DNA from: Octopus sinensis
Lineage: Eukaryota
Reading direction: 5' to 3'
Length of the DNA: 64,000 bases
Assembly (NCBI RefSeq): GCF_006345805.1
Contig: NC_043013.1
Coordinates: 31,806,001-31,870,000, forward strand
Shown: in pieces, positions 14,495 to 25,513 of the stretch
Numbering within the stretch: position 1 is the first letter of the stretch
Layout of the letters: the number at the start of each line of letters is the position of its first letter
The notes under the pieces: model-generated
Told to the model about the DNA's origin: nothing
What the model saw: the letters and a program-made list of their open reading frames with translations, nothing else
The model's database searches: none
Position numbers and translations under genes: made by a program

Positions 14495-14819
14495 TTATTA
14501 TAGATATATTTAAGATTTCTAACTGAAGTATGGTGTACAGTACCGTCTAGTGATCTAGAAATACATACTTCTTAATATATTTTTGATGACTGTTGCTACA
14601 ACTAAATTAAATTCATAATTTAAAAAATGCCAAAAGATAGAATTATTTCGTAATTTGATATATACGGAGTGAATAGGCAGCATCTGCGTGATAGAATTCT
14701 GAGCATATCTGCGCTGATTATGTGATGACTGTTCTGGACGTTAATATTGTCTATCACTAGAAAGGAGTTTGAGAAGTCCCAATACCCATTTGTATCGCAT
14801 TACAATTACAAATAAAACA

Positions 14820-14834
14820 TTATTATTATTATTA

Positions 14835-14928
<94 letters not shown>

Positions 14929-14937
14929 CATTATTAT
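14820..14937. repeat. (TTA)n microsatellite
   Basis: Directly visible; abuts the 3' end of the Dong-like LINE. Confidence 0.95.
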
Positions 14938-14939
14938 TT

Positions 14940-15687
14940 ATGGTTTCCTTTCATTATAACATTACTTCAGCTACTTTCGTACCGGACATCATCCGGAGGC
15001 CAAGAGTGGCTAGAGCACTTTTGTTTTGCTATGCATCCTAAATATAATTGAGATCGTAACGTTATGGTAAAGGAGATCGGATTTACCAGCTTAATATACT
15101 TCTCAGCTCCCTTCTTTATCATTTCAAACGCACCACTTACTACTGCTATTGTCGTAGTAATAAGCTTCCATACTTTGTGATTTCAATTTGCATATCTTTA
15201 TATTGAGAAATGTTTTCGTATTCCTTTCTTGAGACATTTTGATATTGTGGGACGGGCATATCTTTGATCACAATGCCTGGTCGATTGGAGTCTATTTGTA
15301 TTGGGAAGATCCAAAGGATGGCGAAGCCCTCAACATTTACTACATCCTCTGGATGGTACCTCTACCACTTATCATGGGATTTAATTTTGTAGTATTTACA
15401 GGCATTCCGTTGGGTATACTGCCTTAGTCCCAAGAATTTGTTATGAGGTACTCCTTTCCAGCGAGGACTGGGCAGCCAGAAGGAACATGAACAATTGTCT
15501 CTGTGAATATATCGCAAATTGTGCATGAGGGGTCAGATCCATCTCTAAGGACCTTTGCATGGTATGTTTCTGGAAGGTAAGCTCTGATGTTGTGCTGCAA
15601 TAACAAAACCTTCTGTTTCCCCTTTTAGAAGTGTCCCTTGTAGCCATTGGTGTGCTAGATTTTGTTCAAGATCAGGCTCGGATTGTT
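14940..15687 (-). mobile_element. R4/Dong-clade LINE 3' end (CCHC finger plus restriction-like endonuclease), 5'-truncated and decayed
   Basis: LKGETEGFVIAAQHQSL, DPSCTICDIFTETIVHVPSGCPVLAGKEY, HPEDVVNVEGFAILW, IDSNRPGIVIKD, VWKLITTTIAVVSGAFEMIKKG; flanked on both sides by (TAA)n. Confidence 0.85.
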
Positions 15688-15695
15688 TATTATTA

Positions 15696-15762
<67 letters not shown>
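15688..15762. repeat. (TTA)n microsatellite
   Basis: Directly visible; abuts the truncated 5' end of the Dong-like LINE. Confidence 0.95.
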
Positions 15763-15764
<2 letters not shown>

Positions 15765-17843
15765 GACAAGAGCGCGATGCGTTTGCAATAGGCATTTTAT
15801 TGGTTGAACGATATTTCGACAGCAAGCCTGTCTGTCGATTTCAAAATAAGAAGCGATGAAAATTGAAAATTTTAGAAATTTAAATTTAAAGTATGAACGA
15901 CAGCAAACAGCGTCCATACGTTGATGGAATCACATCGTCAGACTTTAAGCATCATTTTTTTATAACAGGCGAAAAAATACAGAAAAAATGGAGGAAAGAA
16001 AAAGAAACGGAAAAGAAGAAGAATATTTAATCAAACTGTTTTGTATAAATTTGATGATATGCTCCTGTCGTTTTATTCATTCCTCCAGGGCGTGATGTTA
16101 ACCCTCAAACATATATTTTCATGCATTTTGAGAAGTGAAAGTGAAGCAGATTCAGAATATTTTCTGAGAATATGTACTCTCAAGTCTTTTTCTAAATTTC
16201 AGCCGTTGGCTCCAAAATTAGAATACTGAAAAAAATGATAGCCAGAAGTACTAATATAGCTAATGTTTTATGCAAAGTAGAATAGTATATACGGTAGGCA
16301 AATTCTTTATGTAAAAAATAGTCACTGGGTCAAGACAAAAAAATGTATAACTTAAATGTCAATAAATTAGGAAATGACTCAAGCAAAGTTTACTGTTTTA
16401 GCCGTTATAGATAGATTTTGCTGTAATATATAACTAATTTTTGTTTTATTCTATTTATTATACTAGCTAATTTTGTACTACTATTATTTTTTATAACCTA
16501 TTTTCAAATTTCTAATTTCTAATAATTTTTAACAAATGGATTCTTTTTAAAGTGCAAAATTATTTTGAGTTATTTTTTTATTTTTAATAAAAGTAACAAG
16601 TAGCAAAAAATAGAAGTAATAGCTTGTAATAAAATTTTTAGTTTTAATAAGAGCTAATATTTTTTAAATCTAAATATTTTATTGGAATTGTGTGCAGCTT
16701 AGATTATGTACTTTTCTTAGATGTTTTTTCTAACAGATAGCTTTTTAAAATATTCCTAGTAAGATATGTGTAAGCGGTGAGCTTATTTTGTTGGATTTGG
16801 AGCTGAAACTAAGATGTAATATAGAATTTCATATTCTCCAAAGTGTACTTTTCAGCGAGTAATTAAATATGGATACTACGGTCCTCTACTGGAAAATTTA
16901 CCGTTAAAACAGAGATAGTTTTAACTGACAGTGCATTTAAGTTGCTGCGAACCCATATTCGTCGAAACAACCAGTATGAAGTACCATAAAAAATAAAATA
17001 GGATATTATGAATGGCTGGTTTGCACATTTCGCAAAAGTAACACGATAATATTTAAAATCAGTTTAAGCTAATTTAAAAATGCTCTCACACTCCAATTAC
17101 AACATTTTTAATTAATTTCAGTTATAATCTTTTAATGAAAATTATTAATTTTATCCAGATATTGAATCTCATCCATTTTCTTTTTCCCGTACTTAAACGC
17201 CAGAGAACGGTTAAGGTATCCAATACTATACTGCCAGAAGGTGACAAATTTTCGGAATGCTTTCGCAAAAAGTATCAGATAATATGGAGTTAGCGAATAC
17301 ACCGAGGATGCGGTGATAGCGGTGGTGGTAGCAAGGAGTGGTGGTGGCGGTAGTGGTGTTATTAATGGTGATATTTATCACTGCTTCAAATTTAATAAAG
17401 GAAATCTAATTCTACCCGCGTTTATTTTTCTTTCCTTTTATTTTCAACTAGATCGGATTTAGCTTTGCTTTAGCCAACGGCTGAAACGAGATGTGGCTAC
17501 TATTCTAGCTACTCATACAGCGAGGTAGATTAGTTGAATCGTTTTAAGCATGTTTCCTACGAGGTCGGTGACCATCATCATGGCACAGATGATACTCTGT
17601 GGTCTACATAGTTTCAACTCGCGACGACTTGGATCTGTATTTGTGCGAAAACGTACAACAACGCATGGACGAATTCTTCTTTCAGTGTATTGTTCATTTG
17701 AAGAGATAATCGGAAGCATTTTGTTGCTATTTGAAGCATGTCGAGTACAGACTGAAGCAGACTGAAGCATGTCGAGTACAAGCAATTATTTTCAAATGAA
17801 ACGGTGCGTTTGCATTCACATAACGAGTGTACACCTAGAATGG

Positions 17844-17897
<54 letters not shown>

Positions 17898-17959
17898 GAA
17901 ATACAAAATGGCTGACCGTTGGAAAGGAGAGACACACAAATAAGAAAGAAGAAAGCAAA

Positions 17960-18004
17960 GGACCACTGATGCGGTCACAGGAGTGTGACGAAAGAACTCT
18001 GGCC
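17960..18004 (+). ncRNA. Degenerate type I hammerhead ribozyme motif
   Basis: GG(A)CCA-CTGATGCG-GTCAC aggagt GTGAC-GAAA-GAAC-TC-TGGCC: stems I and II pair, but A9 is C and stem III is not a clean palindrome. Confidence 0.4.
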
Positions 18005-18125
18005 GAAATAAGATTAAGTTTAATGTAAAAAATAAATAATGCTGAAGCAAAGTAACACCAAATATATAGTGCGTGTGCTTTTTTATTGGCTAAACTGGCA
18101 AAATTACCATTCCTAGATACAACAA

Positions 18126-18164
<39 letters not shown>

Positions 18165-18331
18165 TTTATTTTGTATTTTCTTTTTGTAACATATTTCTAC
18201 TATATATATATGAATCATAAGGGTAAAAAGTGATATTAATTTGATTACTATCAATTTAAACCAGAGGCTAGCATACGGAAAAAAAAATCTGAAGATTCAG
18301 AAAAAATTATATTACATACATATAAGATGGA

Positions 18332-18456
18332 TGACCACTAGGTAGACATCTAATATGCTAAATGTAGACCCCATATGGTCTGACCACGATTTTTTCTTAG
18401 TGGTCAGACCATATCGGGGTCTACATTTAGCTTATTGGATGTCCACCTAGTGGTCA
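18332..18456. mobile_element. MITE-like fold-back hairpin element
   Basis: About 56-bp near-perfect inverted arms (TGACCACTAGGTAGACATC...GGTCTGACCAC / GTGGTCAGACC...GATGTCCACCTAGTGGTCA) around a 12-nt loop. Confidence 0.75.
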
Positions 18457-18672
18457 ATATATATATATATACGTATGTATGTATGTATATAACGAATTAA
18501 AAGGGTCCTTATTAGAGATTAGAACCTAAAAGCAAAATTGATAGGGGTCTCAAAAATGAGAGAGGGTGTTGACAGGCACTGACTACGCTAAAATAAGTGT
18601 TAAATTAACTCAGAAGCCACTGAAGCACTATATTTAATGATTGACACCGGGAAGTAGGTCCCCAGCGTATAT

Positions 18673-18728
18673 AGCCGTATCGCGATTTCGGATTTTGATG
18701 TAGGTTTACTTAATTTTCATCAGCGGCT
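18673..18728 (-). ncRNA. Type I hammerhead motif (338-nt family), stem II decayed
   Basis: Minus strand AGCCG-CTGATGA-AAATT...AATCC-GAAA-TCGCGA-TA-CGGCT; stem I perfect, palindromic stem III ATCGCGAT. Confidence 0.6.
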
Positions 18729-19027
18729 CTTAACGCCTAGCGTTAAACTCAATTTCCTCTGTCACTCCCTTTGTCATTCATTAAGTATAGTGCTTTGATG
18801 GCTTTGGAGTTAATTTAAATCTTAATTTAGCATAAGCGGTGCTACTCAGCACACTCCGCCATTTTTGTGACCGCTTTTAAATTTGCCTTTACGTCTCTGA
18901 TTGCTAATAAACAAGTTTCTTTTAATTTGTTGCTTAAACTTTTACTGTTTTGAAAATCAGCACACGTGTTCAACTGTTTTTCTTATAAGATTGACATAGT
19001 AAGTTGAATTAAACCCGAGGCTTTAAG

Positions 19028-19083
19028 AGCCGCTGATGAGAATTAACTGGGTCTACACCAAAATTTGAAATCGCGATAGGGCT
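19028..19083 (+). ncRNA. Type I hammerhead motif (338-nt family)
   Basis: AGCCG-CTGATGA-GAATT...AATTT-GAAA-TCGCGA-TA-GGGCT; G.G mismatch at the first stem I pair. Confidence 0.65.
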
Positions 19084-19317
19084 ATATACGCTAGGGACTT
19101 AGCTCCCTTCGTCAGTCATAAATATATGCCCATATATCGAAATATATTACATCCACATGTATAATTCTATCAATATGTGAGGGCTTCACTTGTTCGTGCG
19201 CACACACACCTGTATATACCTATCTATGTGTGTATATATATATATAACAATGTATATCATCGGTAGTTCATATAGCCGAAAGAAAGAAGCATATTCTAAA
19301 ACGTTTGAGGCTTTAAG

Positions 19318-19372
19318 AGCCGCTGATGAGAATTAACTGGGTCTAACCAAAATTTGAAATCGCGATAGGGCT
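19318..19372 (+). ncRNA. Type I hammerhead motif (338-nt family)
   Basis: Near-identical to 19028-19083. Confidence 0.65.
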
Positions 19373-19527
19373 ATATACGCTAGAGACTTAGCTCCCTTCG
19401 TCAGTCATAAATTATAGTGCTTTAGTAGATTTGGTGTTAACTTAAATCTTATTTTAGCATAACCGGTGCTAGTCAGTACCCTCCGTCATTTTTGTGCCAC
19501 CTCTCTCTCTTTATCTCTCTCTCTCTT

Positions 19528-19563
<36 letters not shown>

Positions 19564-20121
19564 ATATATGAATGTGTGTTTGCGTGTATATGTGTATTTG
19601 CGCGCGTGTGTGTGTGCGTGCATGCAGCAAGACGAATAGGCCACGATTAGCATATGAGAAACTAAAGACTTGTGTAATATTGATATCTCGATAACCTAAT
19701 CATATTCAAGTGCCTTAACATATTACCATTGGCCTGTTCTAGTGTTTCATTGATTTTATAGCAATTCCGAAGCAGGAACCTTCAATTTCCCGTTCCTCTT
19801 TTGATGACAACTACCTTTACAGTTGAATTTTCGCTTGGGCGATTTTATGCGGATCATGGTACAAAGAAAGTCAATTATTTTATGTATATCAATATCTACA
19901 AGTCTGGATTCTTTTCTCTCGCATGGACTGCTTGTTTATGTTAGATTTCTTACTTGATGATAGATATATTTGCTATAGCTTAGCTCCCTGGTTAGGTCTG
20001 AATAAAAAGATCTATGATCAAAGATTCTCCAACAATGAATAAATAATGAATTCTGAACAAGATTATTCTCTGACATATGACATTAACCGGTGTATTAAAT
20101 ATGTCTATCGGTAGGGTAATA

Positions 20122-20352
20122 GGCGGCGAGCTGGCAGAAACGTTAGCACGCCGGGGGAAATGCGTAGCCGTATTTCGTCTGCCGTTACGTTCTGAGTTCA
20201 AATTCCGCCGAGGCCGACTTTGCCTTTCATCCTTTCGGGGTCGATTAAATACGTACCAGTTACGCACTGGCGTCGATATAATCGACTTAATCTGTTTGTC
20301 TGTCCTTGTTTGTCTTCTCTGTGTTTAGCCCCTTGTGGGTAGTAAAGAAATA
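20122..20352 (+). mobile_element. SINE family B, young copy with 12-bp TSD, next to an older family-B remnant (about 20365-20520)
   Basis: TSD GGTAGGGTAATA at 20110-20121 and 20353-20364. Confidence 0.9.
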
Positions 20353-21680
20353 GGTAGGGTAATATTTTTGCTACAAATTGTCTATATGTTCTGAGTTCAA
20401 ATTCCACTGAGGTCCACTTTGTCTGTCATCCTTTCGGGGTCTATAAATTAAGTACCATTTGCGCACTGGTGTTGATCTAATCGACTGGCCCCCTCCCCAA
20501 AAATGTCGGCCTAGAGTAAGAAAAAAAAATTTGCTACTACTCCTGGAGGCCAAATCACAGCAGGGAATTGTACTTTCGTGTGTGCAGCCCCCGACACATC
20601 TGAGTACAAATGTGACTACGTGGCTTAACGTCGGTGACTTATGTGATATAACTGCTAACACATCGCTTTGTGACATCATAGGGGAGTTGTTAATCCCCAT
20701 ATTTTAGTTGTTTCCTAGATCCGGTAGAACTATAAGCTGATTTTGTTAACCATTATGGAATATTTTCACAACTTAAAAACTTGTTTAATTAGTCACAAAA
20801 CTTTACAGAGTATCTGCTGAAAAGCATGCACGACAACACAATTGGCGTCCAAATTTCTTGTAGGTGCCAATGTTCAAACTAAATTTTGTAGATGTTATAA
20901 AGACGTTTGTTAATCATGTATGAACGTAATGCATTCTAGTTACAAAAATTGTATTGAGATTAGACTGACGAAGAAAATTTGTAATCTGTTGTCGAATTTG
21001 TTTACGACTTTATGTGAGGGGGATTTGGATGCTATTTCTGAGAGGTTAAGTGACCTTAGACGTATTACTTTAATAATAGAATAATACCGTATCTTAATAT
21101 TTCCACCGCATCTACTGTAACTCTCTTAGCAAACAATCATTAATGACAAAGATTACGGCTACTGCAACCGGGATAAGTAGTAAATCAGAATAAACAGCGT
21201 GAAAAAGTATCGGTTAATAGTTTCTAGCAGGCTTTGATGGAGAGCAGATGCATTGAAGGCAAAATTCCCTCCTCATTAAAATTTGAAAGCATTTGGTGAA
21301 ATGTGTATAGAAAGAATTGAGAAAAAAATGGTCTAAACATTAAATCAGAAACGGCATTTTAATATGGTTCACTATCTTTTCGTTTGCAGTAATGTACCTT
21401 GACAGGTTCCATGCATTTGAAACTTGTCTTAAGGGTTTAAAGATATTCCCCATCCTTAGTTTAAGGACAGAAATTCGAAAATATTGTCACACAACAGGAA
21501 CATATCGTAAAAGTAATGGATTCCAATCACAAAGTAAGTCCTATCTCTGTTGCTCTCTCTTTGTGTTTCTCTCTCTCTCTCTTTCTCTCTCCCCCTTTCT
21601 CACTCTCTTTCATTTTCGCTCTCTGTATTTACGTGCTCACGCATACACACAGGCCCCCCACGCACACACATATATATATG

Positions 21681-21749
<69 letters not shown>

Positions 21750-21921
21750 GTATATAAAATGAGATAGGGGTTGAAAATTCAACCCACCACGGGATAACAT
21801 ATATCCAATATACTGCTAGAGAGGTACCCAACAAGACTAATACATAAATGTTAAAAATTGCCAAGCAATTAGTTCATCTACTGTATTATATGGGCAAAGG
21901 TAAAAATATTACCGTAAATTA

Positions 21922-22233
21922 ATACTACAAAATTAGAAAATGGAGAAACATACTTAAATCAATCAAACATCAACCATCAGATGATACCCAATCAATACTT
22001 TATAACACCATTACATAACAGTAAAGGCATTATACAAAATATATTGTAAATATAATTAGACAAGGAAATAGAAATATAAAATATAATATGTAATTATATC
22101 ATATCTGACAGCTGTTTCGGCAATAAGGGCAAGCATGCCTCATTTAACCTATAAGCCATATAAGGCAGGTATAAATGAGACATTAACAAGGATTGATTTA
22201 AGTATGTTTCTCCATTTTCTAATTTTGTAGTAT
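21922..22233. repeat. 43-bp perfect inverted repeat enclosing a decayed hammerhead
   Basis: 21922-21964 is the reverse complement of 22191-22233; minus-strand GGCA...TGCC-GAAAC-AGCT-GTC at 22101-22150 with a damaged CTGATGA box. Confidence 0.7.
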
Positions 22234-22274
22234 ATACGTATATATATACACAACACACACATATAAAGATATAT

Positions 22275-22292
22275 GGATGGATAGATAGATAA

Positions 22293-22390
<98 letters not shown>
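22275..22390. repeat. (GATA)n microsatellite
   Basis: Directly visible. Confidence 0.95.
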
Positions 22391-22827
22391 TACAGACATT
22401 CTCCGAATAGACCACAATAAATAATTTGGATTTTATCAATCTTGGTACATGTCCTCAGATTGCACAGTCCTCAGATTGACACCCAAACACTGAAATGTTC
22501 GTATTGGAGCTTCCAGCGTGTATACCAAGCGGTACAGCATGTCACTTCCAAATTTCTAACAGACTGGATTGCGTCATTGTGCTGTTTTTCTCACTGACAG
22601 TGTCCAACAGACTCTACTATAGAGTGTAGTCGGCAAAATCAAAAATAGACAATGCGGATAAGCGAAAGAAAAAATAAAATGGGGACAATTTAAGCATCGC
22701 TCCCTGTGTATATCTGTGTACATATACGTGTGTTCCTGCGGGTTTATGTGTATGTATGTATGTATGTATGTATGTATGTATGTGTGTATGTATGGCTTTC
22801 TGTATGTATGTACGTATGTATGTTTGC

Positions 22828-22860
<33 letters not shown>

Positions 22861-23470
22861 TGTATGCATGAATGTATGCATCAATTCACTTCGCTGATTG
22901 GATTATTTCCACATTCATAAATGTTTCGCGGGTTATGGAATTTTTAATATAAAATAATTGACAGAGAATAATTCAGGATCCTGCATCAAATATACTAACC
23001 ATTGCCAAATACTTTAGATGAGAAGTAATTCTCCAGTTTAACACCACTATATGCAGCAGATTTCATACACTTGCTAAAGTTCGCCAGTTTACAAAAGAAC
23101 TCAAAATCCATATCTGTATTTATCTCTTCCTTTTCCCCTTACGCTCCCTATCTCTCTTTCTGTTCCGATCTACCTCACTGTGTCCCTCTATGTCTCCCTA
23201 CTATATTGTCTCTGTCCCCCTCTCTCTCTCTGTACACACACACACACATATCTATATATATAGCGAGAGTATATATACACACACACAAACACATTTATAT
23301 AGAATATTGATAAAATGCACTGCATTCTTTATTGTAAGATACGCACGTTTCGGTAAATTGCCGTCATGAATACATAAATGCTATTCAAATATTATAGTGC
23401 CGAACTTCGGTTACCTGTCGCGCTTCACGGAGCAAATAAGCCGCACACACACACACACACACATACACAC

Positions 23471-23529
<59 letters not shown>

Positions 23530-23731
23530 CATGTGTGTGTGTGTGTGTGTGTGTGTGAGTGAGTGAGTTTTCGTGTGAGCGTGTGTGTGTCCATAAATAT
23601 ATACATATATATATATTTAGGAATGGCCTAAACAGGCCATTCGTCCACCAGAAAGAGCAGCCAGAACTCAAACCGCCAAGTAGTGCAATTCGGAAATAAG
23701 GTGAAAATTTAAAAACGTTTACCCTAATTCA

Positions 23732-23832
23732 TCTTTTATACGATGCATCGTTTCGGTGTTTTTAATGATAGACCAGCTTAATTAAATTAAATTAAGCTAG
23801 TCTACCATAGGTCACACTTCATCAGTAAAAGA
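23732..23832 (-). ncRNA. Type I hammerhead ribozyme, 475-nt family copy 1
   Basis: TCTTTTA-CTGATGA-AGTGT[long hairpin]ACACC-GAAA-CGATGCATCG-TA^TAAAAGA; 7-bp stem I, palindromic stem III, GUA triplet. Confidence 0.85.
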
Positions 23833-24206
23833 AACCTGGGAGAGACGAATATACACGAGGCGACTGTATCAATGCCTCGGGAATATCTGTCTTAAAATTT
23901 TCAAGACCAACGCATTCGCGCCAAACTTATCGGCAGCAAATATAAACTGCCGATTCAATCTCAGAATTAGTCAGAAAATTATCAATTAATCAATTTAGGG
24001 TAGCAAAAAATTCAGTAAAAATTTATCGCTACCAGCGGCCTAGTGGAAAAGAGAAAATAGTCAAAGACTAAATATATATAAATATAACAATTTAGGAATG
24101 GCCTAAACAGGCCATTCGTCCACCAGAAAGAGCAGCCAGAACTCAAACCGCCAAGTAGTGCAATTCGGAAATAAGGTGAAAATTTAAAAACGTTTACCCT
24201 AATTCA

Positions 24207-24307
24207 TCTTTTATACGATGCATCGTTTCGGTGTTTTTAATGATAGACCAGCTTAATTAAATTAAATTAAGCTAGTCTACCATAGGTCACACTTCATCAG
24301 TAAAAGA
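24207..24307 (-). ncRNA. Type I hammerhead ribozyme, 475-nt family copy 2
   Basis: Identical to copy 1, 475 nt away. Confidence 0.85.
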
Positions 24308-24748
24308 AACCTGGGAGAGACGAATATACACGAGGCGACTGTATCAATGCCTCGGGAATATCTGTCTTAAAATTTTCAAACCAACGCATTCGCGCCAAAC
24401 TTATCGGCAGCAAATATAAACTGCCGATTCAATCTCAGAATTAGTCAGAAAATTATCAATTAATCAATTTAGGGTAGCAAAAAATCCATTAAAATTTATC
24501 GCTACCAGCGGCCTAGTGGAAAAGAGAAAATAGTCAAAGACTAAATATATATAAATATAACAATTTAGGAATGGCCTAAACAGGCCATTCGTCCACCAGA
24601 AAGAGCAGCCAGAACTCAAACCGCCAAGTAGTGCAATTCGGAAATAAGGTGAAAATTTGGCACGAATGCGTTGGTCTTGAAAATTTTAAGACAGATATTC
24701 CCGAGGCATTGATACAGTCGCCTCGTGTATATTCGTCTCTCCCAGGTT

Positions 24749-24849
24749 TCTTTTACTGATGAAGTGTGACCTATGGTAGACTAGCTTAATTTAATTTAAT
24801 TAAGCTGGTCTATCATTAAAAACACCGAAACGATGCATCGTATAAAAGA
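24749..24849 (+). ncRNA. Type I hammerhead ribozyme, 475-nt family inverted copy
   Basis: Same motif on the plus strand: CTGATGA at 24756, GAAAC at about 24827, predicted cleavage after A24842. Confidence 0.85.
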
Positions 24850-25348
24850 TGAATTAGGGTAAACGTTTTTAAATTTTCACCTTATTTCCGAATTGCACTA
24901 CTTGGCGGTTTGAGTTCTGGCTGCTCTTTCTGGTGGACGAATGGCCTGTCTAGGCCATTCCTAAATTGTTATATTTACATATATATATATATATAGAGAG
25001 AGAGAGAGCGGGAGAGAGAGGGATATATATATATATATACACACACATATAAATATACATAATTACATACATATCATATGCATGTGGTGAAGACATATGC
25101 TTTAGAGATAAATTCGACGTTACATTTAATAATTTTACTCTTCCCATTAAGCTTTTCAAAAGGTTGCTAGTTCCATTATGCTTTAACGGATAATATATTC
25201 TTATATATTTTATGCATCCTTTCATCGCGTAGACACATTATTAGAAAACATATATGCGTATACATAGATATGCCCATATATCGAAATATATTACATCCAC
25301 ATGCATAATTCTATCAATATGAGAAGGCTTCATTTGTTACAAAATATG

Positions 25349-25414
<66 letters not shown>

Positions 25415-25436
25415 AAAACATGATGCGAAGGATTCA

Positions 25437-25513
25437 GCGGTACATATGTTTCGGGCCTTTATTAGACAGATTTATAACAATGCATAATGTATGTCTGTGG
25501 CTTCTTCAGCCGC
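25437..25513 (-). ncRNA. Type I hammerhead motif at the left outer end of the palindrome
   Basis: GCGG-CTGAAGA-AGCC...GGCCC-GAAA-CATATG-TA^CCGC; one G missing in stem II relative to the right-arm copy. Confidence 0.7.

Larger units (their letters stand above)
18600..19500. mobile_element. Non-autonomous HHR-bearing repeat (about 338-nt unit): inverted copy, then forward copies
   Basis: 18600-18750 is the reverse complement of the unit seen at 18773-19125 and 19305-19500; period 338 nt between 18773 and 19111. Confidence 0.7.
23616..24980. mobile_element. Tandem 475-nt HHR-bearing units (two full, one partial) plus an inverted partial unit: retrozyme or Penelope pseudo-LTR-like array
   Basis: Unit starts TTTAGGAATGGCC at 23616, 24091 and 24564; at about 24659 the sequence flips (TTT microhomology) and runs as reverse complement to about 24977. 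Confidence 0.85.

Noticed and set aside
23616-24658. CRISPR-like array
   Set aside because: Units are 475-nt near-identical monomers without unique spacers, there are no cas genes, and the context is eukaryotic.
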